From the human T2T-CHM13v2.0 reference genome, Homo sapiens, in NCBI RefSeq assembly GCF_009914755.1, contig NC_060933.1: a DNA stretch of 64,000 bases, one strand, 5' to 3'. Positions 28,201-41,950 of this stretch are shown here, in pieces. The translations under genes and the position numbers were made by a program. Numbering within the stretch: the first letter of the stretch is position 1; each line of letters starts with the position of its first letter. The notes under the pieces are model-generated. The model did not search any database and was not told the DNA's origin. It was given only the letters and a program-made list of their open reading frames with translations.

Positions 28201-31200
28201 TTCCATTCCATTCCATTCCATTCCAATCCATTCCATTCCACTCGGGTTGATTCCATTCCTTTCCATTCCATTCGGGTTGAAGCGATTCCATTCCATTCCA
28301 TTCCTTTCGATTCCATTCCATTGCACTCGGGTTGATCCCATTCCATTGCATTCCATTCCATTCCATTGCATTCCATTCCGTTCCATTCCATTCCATTACA
28401 TTCGGATTGATTCTATTCAATTCCCTTACACTCCGTTACATTCCATTCCATTCGGTTTGTTTCCATTCTATTCCATTCCATTCCACTCCATTCCATTGCA
28501 ATCGGGTTGATTCCATTCCATTCCATTCCATTCCATTCCATTCCATTCCGTATGATTCCATTCCATTGCATCCCTTCCATTCCATTTCCCTGCACTCGGG
28601 TGAATTCCATTCTATTCCATTCTATTCCATTCCATTCCATTCCATTCCTTTCCATTGCATTCCATTCCATTGCATTCCATTCCATTCCATTCTATTCGGG
28701 TTAAATTCATTCCATTCCATTCCATTCCATTCCATTCCATTCCATTCCATTCCATTCCATTGAAATCGAGTTGATTCCATTCCATTCCATTCCATTCCTT
28801 TGCATTCCATTCCATTCTATTCGGGTTAATTCCATTCCATTCCATTCCATTCCATTCCCTTCCATTCCATTCCATTCCATTCCATTATATTAGGGTTAAT
28901 TCCATTCCATTCCATTCCATTCCATTCCATTCCATTCCATTCCAGTGCAATCGAGTTGATTCCATTCCATTCCATTCCATTCCATTCCATTCCATTCCAT
29001 TCCATTCAATTCCGGATGATTCCATTCCATTGCCTTCCATTCCATTCCATTCCACTGCGCTCGGGTTGATTCCATTCCATTCCACTCCATTCCATTGCAA
29101 TCGGGTTGATTCCATTCCATTCCATTCCATTTCATTTCGTTCCATTCCATTCTATTCCATTCCAATCCATTCCATTCCATTCCATTTCATTTCGTTCCAT
29201 TCCATTCTCTTCCGGACCATTCCATTCCATTCCATTCCATGCTATTCCACTCCGGTTGATTCCATTCCTTTCCATTCCATTCGACTTGAATCCATTCCAT
29301 TCCATTCAATTCCATTCGATTCCATTCCATTGCACACGGGTTCATTCCATTCCATTCCATTCCATTCCATTCAATTCCGGATGATTCCATTCCATTGCCT
29401 TCCATTCCATTCCATTCCACTGCACTCGGGTTGATTCCATTCCATTCCATTCCATTCCATTCCATTCCATTCCATTCCATTCCATTTCATTTCGTTCCAT
29501 TCCATTCTATTCCATTCCAATCCATTCCATTCCATTCCATTTCATTTCCTTCCATTCCATTCTCTTCCGGACCGTTCCATTCCATTCCATTCCATTCCAT
29601 GCTATTCCACTCCAGTTGATTCCATTCCTTTCCATTCCATTCGACTTGAATCCATTCCATTCCATTCCATTCCATTCGATTCCTTTCCATTGCACACGGG
29701 TTCATTCCATTCCATTCCATTCCATTCCATTCCATTCCATTCCATTCCATTTCGTTCCATTCCATTCTCTTCCGTACCATTCCATTCCATTCCATTCCAC
29801 TCCATTCCATGCCATTCTGCTCGGGTTTATTCCATTCCTTTCCATTCCATTCGGGTTGAATCCATTTCATTCCTTTCCATTCCATTCAATTCCATTACGT
29901 TGCACTCGGGTTGATTCCATTCCATTCCATTCCATTTCATTCCATTCCATTCCATTCCATTCCATTTCGTTTCATTCCAATCTCTTCCGTACCATTCCAT
30001 TCCATTCCATTCCATTCCACTCCATTCCATGCCCTTCCACTCGGGTTTATTCCATTCCTTTCCATTCCATTCGGGTTGAATCCTTTCCATTCCGTTCAAT
30101 TCCATTCAATTCCATTACATTGCACTCGAGTTGATTCCATTCCATTCCATTCCATTCCATGCCATTCCACTCGGGTTGATTCCATTCCTTTCCATTCCAT
30201 TCGAGTTGAACCCATTCCATTCCATTCCATTCCATTCCATTCCATTCCATTGCACACGGGTTCATTCCATTCCATTCCATTCCATTCCACTCCATTCCAT
30301 TCCATTTCGTTCCATTCCATTCTATTCCATACAATTCCTTTCAATTCCATTCCCTTCCATGCCATTTCACTCGGGTTTATTAAATTCTTTTCCATTCCAT
30401 TCGGGTTGAATCCATTCCATTCCATTCCATTCCATTCCATTCCATTCCATTCCATTCCATTGCACTCGTGTTGATTCCATTCCATTCCATGCCATTCCAT
30501 TTCATTCCATTCCATTCCGTTCCATTCCATTCCATTCCATTCAATTCAATTCCGTTCCATTCCATGACATTACATTCGGATTGATTCTTTTTAATTCCCT
30601 TACACTCCATTACATTCCATTCCATTCGGGTACTTTCCATTCCATTCCATTCCATTCCACTGCATTCTATTGCACTCGGGTTGATTGATTCCATTCCTTT
30701 GCATTCCATTCAATTCCATTCCATTCCGGATGATTCCATTCCATTGCATCCCATTCCATTCCATTCCCCTGCACTCGGGTTGATCCCATTCCATTGCATT
30801 CCATTCCATTCCATTCCATTCCATTGCATTCCATTCCGTTCCATTCCATTCCATTCCATTCCATTCTGTTCAGGTTAATTCCATTCCATTCCATTCCCTT
30901 CCATTCCATTCCATTCCATTCCATTCCATTGCAATCGAGTTGATTCCATTGCATTCCATTCCATTCCATTGCATTGCATTCCATTCCATTCCATTCCCCT
31001 GTACTCAGAATGATTCCATTCCATTCCATTCCATTCCATTCCGTTCCATTCCATTCCATTCCATTTTATTCGCGTTAATTCCATTCCATTCCATTCCATT
31101 CCATTCCGTATGATTCCATTCCATTGCATTTCATTCCATTCAATTCCCCAGCACTCGGGTGGATTCCATTCTATTCCATTCCATTCCATTCCATTCCATT

Positions 31201-34200
31201 CCGTTCCATTCCATTCCATTATATTCGGATTGAATCTATTCAATTCCCTTACACTCCATTACCTTCCATTCCATTCGGGTTGTTTCCATTCCATTCTATT
31301 CCATTCCACTCCATTCCATTGCAATCGGGTTGATTCCATTCCATTCCATTCCATTCCATTCCGTATGATTCCATTCCATTGCATTCCATTCCAGTCCATT
31401 CCACTGCACTCGGGTGGATTCCGTTCTATTCCATTCCATTCCATTCCATTCCATTCCATTCCATTCCATTCCATTCTATTCGGGTTAATTTCATTCCATT
31501 CCATTTTGTTCCATTCCATTCTATTCCGTACCATTCCATTCCATTCCATTCCATTCCATTCCATTCCATTCCATTCTATTCCATGCCATTCCACTCGGGT
31601 TAATTCCATTCCTTTCCATTAAATTCGTGTTGAATCCATTCCATTCGATTCCATTTCATTCGATTCCATTCCATTGCACTGGGGTCCATTCCATTCCATT
31701 CCATTCCATTCCATTCCATTGTACTAGGTTTGATTCCATTCCACTGCATTCCATTCCATTCCATTCCATTCCGTTCCTTTCCATTCCATTACATTCGGAT
31801 TGGTTGTATTCAATTCCCTTACACTCTATTTCATTCCATTCCATTCGGGTTGTTTCCATTCCATTCCATTCCATTCCACTCCATTCCATTGCACTCGGGT
31901 TCATTCCATTCCATTCCATTCCATTGCATTCCATTTCGTTCCATTCCATTCTATTCCGTACCATTCCATTCCATTCCATTCCATGCCATTCCACTCGGGT
32001 TGATTCCATTCCTTTCCATTCCATTTGGGTTGAATCCAATCCATTCCATTCCATTCCATTCCATTCCATTCCATTCCATTCCATTCCATTCTATTCCATT
32101 GCACACGGGTTGATTCCATTGTATTCCATTCCGTTCCATTCGGGATGACTCCATTCCATTGCCTTCCATTCCATTCCATTCCCCTGCACTCGGGTTGATT
32201 CCATTCCATTCCATGCCATTCCATTCCATTCCATTCCATTCTATTCCATTCCATTGAAGTCCTTTCCATTCCATTCCACTCGTGTTGATTCCATTTTATT
32301 AGTTTCCATTCCATTCCATTCCCTTCCATTACACTCTGGTTGATTCCATTCCTTTCCATTCCACTCGAATTCATTCCCTTCTATTCCATTCGGAATGATT
32401 CCATTGCATTCCGTTCAATTCCATTCCATTCCATTCCATTTCGTTCCATTGCATTCTATTCCGTACCATTCCATTCCATTCCATTCCATACCATTCCATT
32501 CCATTCCATTCCATTCCATTGCACTAGGTTTGATTTCATTCCACTGCATTCCATTCCATTCCATTCCATTCCATTCCATTCCATTCCATTCCGTTCCATT
32601 CAATTCCATTACATTCGGATTGATTGTATTCAATTCCCTTACACTCCATTACATTACATTCCATTCGGGTTATTTCCATTCCATTCCATTCCATTCCATT
32701 CCATTCCATTGCACTCGGGTTGATTCCATTCCATTCAATTCCATTCCATTCCATTTCGTTCCATTCCAGTCTATTCCGTACCATTCCATTCCATTCCATT
32801 CCAGTCCATTCCATTCCTTTCCGTATGATTCCATTCCATTGCATTCCATTGCATTCCATTCCCTTGCACTCGGGTGGATTCCATTCTATTCCATTCCATT
32901 CCATTCCATTCCATTCCATTCCATTCCATTCTATTCAGGTTAATTTGATTCCATTCCATTCCATTGCATTCCATTCCATTCCATTCCACTGCACTCGGAT
33001 TGATTCCATTCCATTCCATTCCATTCCATTCCATTCCATTCCATTTCATTTCGTTCCATTCCATTCTATTCCATTCCAATCCATTCCATTCCTTTCCATT
33101 TCATTTCGTTCCATTCCATTCTCTTCCGGACCATTCCATTCCATTCCATTACATGCCATTCCACTCCGGTTGATTCCATTCCTTTCCATTCCATTCGACT
33201 TGAATCCATTCCATTCCATTCCATTCCATTCGTTTCCATTGCACACGTGTTCATTCCATTCCATTCCATTCCATTCCATTCCATTTCGTTCCATTCCATT
33301 CTCTTCCGTACCATTCCATTCCATTCCATTCCATTCCATTCCACTCCATTCCATGCCGTTCCGCTCGGGTTTATTCCATTCCTTTCCATTCCATTCGGGT
33401 TGAATCCATTCCATTCCATTCCATTCCATTCAATTCCATTACATTGCACTCGGGTTGATTCCATTCCATTCCATTCCATTCCATTCCATTCCATTCCATT
33501 TCGTTTCATTCCATTCTCTTCCGTACCATTCCATTCCATTCCATTCCATTCCACTCCATTCCATGCCATTCCACTCGGGTTTATTCCATTCCTTTCCATT
33601 CCATTCGGGTTGAATCCTTTCCATTCCGTTCAATTCCATTCAATTCCATTACATTGCACTTGAGTTGATTCCATTCCATTCCATTCCATTCCATTTCATT
33701 ACATTGCATTCCATTCCATTCCATTCCATGCTATTGCACTCGGGTTGATTCCATTCCTTTCCATTCCATTCGAGTTGAACCCATTCCATTCCATTCCATT
33801 CCATTCCATTGCACACGGGTTCATTCTATTCCATTCCATTCCATTCCATTCCATTTCGTTCCATTCCATTCTATTCCGTACCATTCCTTTCCATTCCATT
33901 CCCTTCCATGCCATTTCACTCGGGTTTATTCCATTCCTTTCCATTCCATTCGGGTTGAATCCATTCCATTCCATTCCATTCCATTCCATTCCATTCCATT
34001 CCATTCCATTCCATTGCACTCGGGTTGATTCCATTCCATTCCATGCCATTCCATTTCATTCCATTCCATTCCGTTCCATTCCATTCTATTCAATTCAATT
34101 CAATTCCGTTCCATTCCATTCCATTCCATTCCATTGCATTCCGGATGATTCCATTCCATTACATTCCATTCCATTCCATTCCCCTGCACGCGGGTTGATC

Positions 34201-37160
34201 CCATTCCATTGCATTCCATTCCATTCCATTCCATTCCATTGCATTCCATTTCGTTCCATTCCATTCCATTCCATTCCATTCTGTTCAGGTTAATTCCATT
34301 CCATTCCATTCCCTTCCATTCCATTCCATTCCATTCCATTCCATTGCAATCGAGTTGATTCCATTGCATTCCATTCCATTCCATTCCATTCCATTCTGTT
34401 CAGGTTAATTCCATTCCATTCCATTCCCTTCCATTCCATTACATTCCATTCCATTCCATTCCCCTGCACGCGGGTTGATCCCATTCCATTGCATTCCATT
34501 CCATTCCATTCCATTCCATTGCATTCCATTTCGTTCCATTCCATTCCATTCCATTCCATTCTGTTCAGGTTAATTCCATTCCATTCCATTCCCTTCCATT
34601 CCATTCCATTCCATTCCATTCCATTGCAATCGAGTTGATTCCATTGCATTCCATTCCATTCCATTGCATTGCATTCCATTCCATTCCATTCCCCTGTACT
34701 CAGAATGATTCCATTCCATTCCATTCCTTTCCATTCCGTTCCATTCCATTTCATTCCATTCCATTCCATTCCATTCCGTATGATTCCATTCCATTGCATT
34801 CCATTCCATTCAATTCCCCTGCACTCGCGTTGATTCCATTCCATTCCATTCCATTCCAATCCATTCCATTCCATTGCATTCCATTTCGTTCCATTCCATT
34901 CCATTCCTTTCCATTCCGTTCCATTCCATTCCATTCCATTCCATTCCATTCCATTCCGTATGATTCCATTCCATTGCATTCCATTCCATTCAATTCCCCT
35001 GCACTCGGGTGGATTCCATTCTATTCCATTCCATTCCATTCCATTCCATTCCATTCCATTCCATTCCGTTCCATTCCATTCCATTACATTCGGATTGAAT
35101 CTATTCAATTCCCTTACACTCCATTACCTTCCATTCCATTCGGGTTGTTTCCATTCCATTCCATTCCATTCCACTCCATTCCATTGCAATCCGGTTGATT
35201 CTATTCCATTCCATTCCATTCCATTCCGTATGATTCCATTCCATTGCATTCCATTCCAGTCCGTTCCACTGCACTCGGGTGGATTCCATTCTATTCCATT
35301 CCATTCCATTCCATTCCCTTCCTTTCCGTTCCATTCCATTCCATTCCATTGAAGTCCTTTCCATTCCATTCCACTCGTGTTGATTCCATTTTATTAGTTT
35401 CCATTCCATTCCATTCCCTTCCATTCCACTCTGGTTGATTCCATTCCTTTCCATTCCACTCGAATTCATTCCCTTCTATTCCTTTCGGAATGATTCCATT
35501 GCATTCCGTTCCATTCCATTCCATTCCATTCCTTTTCGTTCCATTGCATTCTATTCCATACAATTCCATTCCATTCCATTCCATGCCATTCCACTCCGGT
35601 TGATTCCATTGTTTTCCATTCCATTTGGGTTGAATCCATTCCATTCCATTCCATTCCATTCCATTCCATTCCATTCCATTCCATTGCACTAGGTTTGATT
35701 TCATTCCACTGCATTCCATTCCATTCCATTCCATTCCATTCCATTCCATTCCGTTCCATTCAATTCCATTACATTCGGATTGATTGTATTCAATTCCCTT
35801 ACACTCCATTACATTCCATTCCATTCGGGTTATTTCCATTCCATTCCATTCCATTCCATTGCACTCGGGTTGATTCCATTCCATTCCATTCCATTCCATT
35901 CCATTTCGTTCCATTCCAGTCTATTCCGTACCATTCCATTCCATTCCATTCCAGTCCATTCCATTCCTTTCCGTATGATTCCATTCCATTTCATTCCATT
36001 CCATTCCCTTGCACTCGGGTGGATTCCATTCTATTCCATTCCATTCCATTCCATTCCATTCCATTCCATTCCATTCCATTCCATTCCATTCTATTCGGGT
36101 TAATTTGATTCCATTCCATTCCATTCCGTTCCATTCCATTCCATTCCATTCAGATTGATTCTATTCAATTCCCTTACACTCCATTACATTACATTCCATT
36201 CGTGTTGTTTCCATTCCATTCCATTGCAATCCTTTCCATTACATTCCATTCTATTCGGGTTAATTCCATTCCATTCCATTCCCTTCCATTCCATTCCATT
36301 GCATTCCATTCCATTCTATTCGGGTTAATTCCTTTCCATTCCATTCGATTGCATTCCATTCCATTCCATTCCGTATGATTCCATTCCATTGCATTCCATT
36401 CCATTCCATTCCCCTGCACTCGTGTGGATTCCATTCTATTCCATTCCATTCCATTCCCTTACATTCCATTCCATTCCATTCCATTCCATTCCATTCCATT
36501 CCATTCCATTCCATTCCATTCTATTCGGGTTAATTTGATTCCATTCCATTCCATTCCATTCCGTTCCATTCCATTCCATTCCATTCGGATTGATTCTATT
36601 CAATTCCCTTACACTCAATTACATTCCATTCCATTCGTCTTGTTTCCATTCCATTCCATTCCATTCCATTACATTACATTACATTCTATTCGGGTTAATT
36701 CCATTCAATTCCATTCCCTTCCATTCCATTCCATTGCATTCCATTCCATTCCATTCCATTATATTCGGGTTAATTCCATTCCATTGCATTCCATTCCATT
36801 CCATTCGATTCCATTCCATTCCATTCCATTCCATTTCAATCGTGTTGATTCGATTGCATTCCATTCCATTCCATTCCATTCCATTCCTTTCCATTCCATT
36901 CCAGATGATTCCATTCCATTGCCTTCCATTCCATTCCATTCCCCTGCACTCGGGTGAATTCCATTCTATTCCATTCCATTCCATTCCTTTCCAATGAAAT
37001 CGAGTTAATTCCATTCCATTTCATTCCATTCCATACCATTCCATTCCATTCCGTTCCATTCCGGATGATTCCATTCCAGTGCATACCATTCCATTAAATT
37101 CCCCTGCACTCAGCTTTATTCCATTCCATTCCATTCCATTCCATTCCATTCTATTCCATA
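25260..37160 (+). repeat. Large tandem segmental unit, copy B (~11.9 kb)
   Basis: Same landmark order as copy A. It lacks copy A's 1.8 kb and 170 bp internal duplications but has its own small duplications at ~29.0-29.7 kb and ~34.1-35.0 kb. Confidence 0.88.
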
Positions 37161-40100
37161 CCATTCCATTCCATTCCATTCCATTCCATTCCATTCCATG
37201 GCATTCCACTCGGGTTGATTCCATTCCCTTCCATTCCATTCGAGTTGAATCCATTCCATTCCATTCCATTCCATTCCATTCCATTCCATTCCATTGCACA
37301 CGGGTTCATTCCATTCCATTCCATTCCATTCCATTCCATTCCATTCCATTCCGTTCCATTCCATTTCGTTCCCTTCCATTCTATTCCATACCATTCCATT
37401 CCATTCCATTCCATTCCATTCCATTCCATTCCGTTCCATTCCATTTCGTTCCCTTCCATTCGATTCCATACCATTCCATTCCATTCCATTCCACTCCATT
37501 CCATGCCAATCCACTCGGGTTTATTCCATTCTATTCCATTCCATTCGGGTTGAATCCATCCCATTCCATTCCATTCCATTCAATTCCATTACATTGCCCT
37601 CGGGTTGATTCCATTCCATTCCATTCCATTCCATTTCATTCCATTCCATTCCATTCCATTCCATTCCATTCCATTCCATTCCATTCCATGCCATTCCACT
37701 CGGGTTGATTCCATTCCTTTGCATTCCATTCGACTTGAACCCATTCCATTCCATTCCATTCCATTCCAATCCATTGCACACGGGTCCATTCCATTCCATT
37801 CCATTCCATTCCATTCCATTTCTTTCCATTCCATTCTATTCCGTACCATTCCATTCCATTCCATTCCATTCCATTCCATTCCATTCCATGCCATTCCACT
37901 CGGGTTTATTCAATTCCTTTCCAATCTATTTGGGTTGAATCCATTCCTTTCCATTCCATTCCATTCAATTCCATTCCATTGCACTCGGGTTGATTCCATT
38001 CCATTCCATGGCATTCCATTTCATTCCATTCCATTCCATTCCATTCCATTCCATTCCATTCCATTCCATTCCATTCCTTTCCATTCCATTGCAATCGAGT
38101 TGATTCCATTACATTCCATTCCATTCCATTCCAGTCCTTTCCATTCCATTCCACTCGGGTTGATTCCATTCTATTCCTTTCCATTCCATTCGATTCCATT
38201 CCATTCCACTCTGGTTGATTCCATTCCTTTTCATTGCACTCGAATACATTCCCTTCTATTCCACTCGGAATGATTCCATTCCATTCCATTAAATTCCATT
38301 CCATTCCATTCCATTCCATTCCGTTTTGTTCCATTACATTCTATTCTGTACCATTCCACTCTATTCCATTCCATTCCATTCCATGCCATTCCTCTCGCGT
38401 TGATTCAATTCCATTCCATTGCACACGGGTTGATTCCATTCCATTCCATTCCGTTCCATTCCGGATGACTCCATTCCATTGCATTCCATTCCATTCCATT
38501 CCTCTGCACTCGGTTTCATTACATTCCATTCCATTCACTTCCATTCCATTCCATTCCAATTCAATCGAGTTGATTGCATTCAATTCCATTCCATTCCATT
38601 CCATTCCGGATGATTCCATTCCATTGCCATCCATTCCATTCCATTCCCCTGCACTCGGGTTGATTCCATTCCATTCCATTCCATTCCATTCCATTCCATT
38701 GCATTCCATTCCATTCCGTTCCATTCCATTCTATTCCGTACCATTCCATTCCATTCCATTCCACTCCATTCCATGCCATTCCACTCGGGTTGATTCCATT
38801 CCTTTCCATTCCATTCGAGTTGAATCCATTCCATTCCATTCCATTCCATTCCATTCCATTCCATTCCATTCCATTCCATTGCACACGGGTTCATTCCATT
38901 CCATTCCATTCCATTCCATTCCATTCCATTCCATTCCATTTCGTTCCATTCCATTCTATTCTATACCATTCCATTCCATTCCATTCCATTCCATTGCATT
39001 CCATTCCATTTCGTTCCATTCCATTCTATTCCGTACCATTCCATTCCATTCCATTCCACTCAATTCCATGCCATTCCACTCTGGTTGATTCCATTCCTTT
39101 CGATTCCATTCGAGTTGAACCCATTCCATTCCATTCCATTCCATTCCATTGCATTCCATTCCAATTCATTGCACACGGGTTCATTCCATTCCATTCCATT
39201 CCATTCAATTCCATTTCGTTCTATTCCATTCTATCCCGTACCATTACATTCCATTCCATTGAATTCCATTCCATTCCATTCCACTGCACTCGGGTGGATT
39301 CCATTCTATTCCATTCCATTCAATTCCATTCCATTCAATTCCATTCCATTCCATTCCATTCCATTCCATTCCATTCCATTCCATTCTATTCGGGTTAATT
39401 TCATTCCATTCCATTTTGTTCCATTCCATTCTATTACTTACCATTCCATTCCATTCCATTCCATTCCATGCCATTCCACTCGGGTTAATTCCATTCCTTT
39501 CCATTAAATTCGTGTTGAATGCATTCCATTCGATTCCACTTCATTCGATTCCATTCCATTGCACTCGGGTCCATTCCATTCCATTCCATTCCATTCCATT
39601 CCATTCCATTGTACTAGGTTTGATTCCATTCCACTGCATTCCATTACATTCCATTCCATTCCATTCCGTTCCATTCCATTCCATTACATTCGGATTGGTT
39701 GTATTCAATTCCCTTACACTCCATTACATTCCATTCCATTCGGGTTGTTTCCATTCCATTCCATTCCATTCCACTCCATTCCTTTGCACTCGGGTTCATT
39801 CCATTCCATTCCATTCCATTGCATTCCATTTCGTTCCATTCCATTCTATTCCGTACCATTCCATTCCATTCCATTCCATGCCATTCCACTCGGGTTGATT
39901 CCATTCCTTTCCATTCCATTCGGGTTGAATCCAATCCATTCCATTCCATTCCATTCCGTTCCATTGGAATCGGGTTGATTCCATTCCATTCCATTCCGTT
40001 CCATTCCGGATGACTCCATTCCATTGCCTTCCATTCCATTCCATTCCCCTGCAATCGGGTTGATTCCATTCCATTCCATGTCATTCCATTCCATTCCATT

Positions 40101-41499
40101 CCATTCCATTCCATTCCATTCCATTCCATTGAAGTCCTTTCCATTCCATTCCATTCCATTCCATTCCATTCCATGCCATTCCACTCTGGTTTATTGAATT
40201 CCTTTCCATTCCATTCGGGTTGAATCCATTCCTTTCCATTCCATTCCGTTCAATTCCATTCCACTGCACTCGTGTTGACTCCATTCCATTCCATGCCATT
40301 CCATTTCATTGCGTTCCATTCCATTCCATTACATTCGGATTGATTCTTTTCAATTCCCTTACACTCCATTACATTCCATTCCATTTGGGTAGTTTCCATT
40401 CCATTCCATTCCATTACACTCCATTGCATTGCACTCGGGATGATTGAATCCATTCCATTGCATTCCATTCCATTCCATTCCATTCCATTCCATTCCGGAT
40501 GATTCCATTCCATTGCATTCCATTCCATTCCATTCCCCTGCACTCGGGTTGATTCCATTCCATTCCATTCCTTTCCATTCCGTTCCATTCCATTCCATTC
40601 CATTCCATTCCATGCTGTTCAGGTTAATTGCATTCCAATCCATTCCCTTCCATTCCATTCCATTCCATTCCATTCCATTCCATTCCATTGCAATCGAGTT
40701 GATTCCATTGCATTCCATTCCATTCCTTTCCATTGCATTCCATTGCATTCCATTCCCCTGCACTCAGGTTGATTCCATTCCATTCCATTCCATTCCATTC
40801 CATTCCATTCCATTCCATTCCATTCCCGTTAATTCCATTCCATTACATTCCATTACATTCCATTGCAATCGAGTTGATTCCATTCCATTCCATTCCATTC
40901 CATTCCATTCCATTCCATTCAAGTCCTTTCCATTCCATTCCACTCGTGTTGATTCCATTTTATTAGTTTCCATTCCATTCCATTCCCTTCCATTCCACTC
41001 TGGTTGATTCCATTCCTTTCCATTCCACTCGAATTCATTCCCTTCTATTCCACTCGGAATGAATCCGTTCCATTCCGTTCCATTTCATTCCATTCCATTC
41101 CATTTCGTTTCTTTGCATTCTATTCCGTACCATTCCATTCCATTCCATTCCATGCCATTCCACTCGGGTTGATTCCATTGCTTTCCATTCCATTTGGGTT
41201 GAATCCATTCCATTCCATTCCATTCCATTCCATTCCATTCCATTCCGGATGATTCCATTCCATTGCATTCCATTCCATTCCATTCCATTCCCCTGCACCC
41301 GGGTTGATTCCATTCCATTCCGTTCCATTCCATTCCATTTCATTCCATTCCATTCTATTCCATACCATTCCATTCCATTCCATTCCATTCCACTCCATTC
41401 CATGCCATTCCACTCGGGTTTATTCCATTCCTTTCCATTCCATTCGGGTTGAATCCATTCCATTCCATTCCATTCCATTCCATTCCATTCCATTCCATT

Positions 41500-41950
41500 C
41501 CATGCCATTCCACTCGGGTTGATTCCATTCCTTTCCATTCCATTCGAGTTGAACCCATTCCATTCCATTCCATTCCATTCCATTCCATTCCATTCCAATC
41601 CATTGCACACGGGTTCATTCCATTCCATTCCATTCCATTCCATTCCATTTCGTTCCATTCCATTCTATTCCGTACCATTCCATTCCATTCCATTCCATTC
41701 CATTCCATTCCATTCCATTCCATTCCATGCCATTCCACTCGGGTTGATTCCATTCCTTTCCATTCCATTCGAGTTGAACCCATTCCATTCCATTCCATTC
41801 CATTCCATTCCATTCCATTCCAATCCATTGCACACGGGTTCATTCCATTCCATTCCATTCCATTCCATTCCATTTCGTTCCATTCCATTCTATTCCGTAC
41901 CATTCCATTCCATTCCATTCCATTCCATTCCATTCCATTCCATGCCATTC
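41500..41950 (+). repeat. 225 bp tandem duplication
   Basis: GAGTTGAACCCATTCC at ~41546 and ~41771. CCAATCCATTGCACACGGG is repeated at the same offset. Confidence 0.85.
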
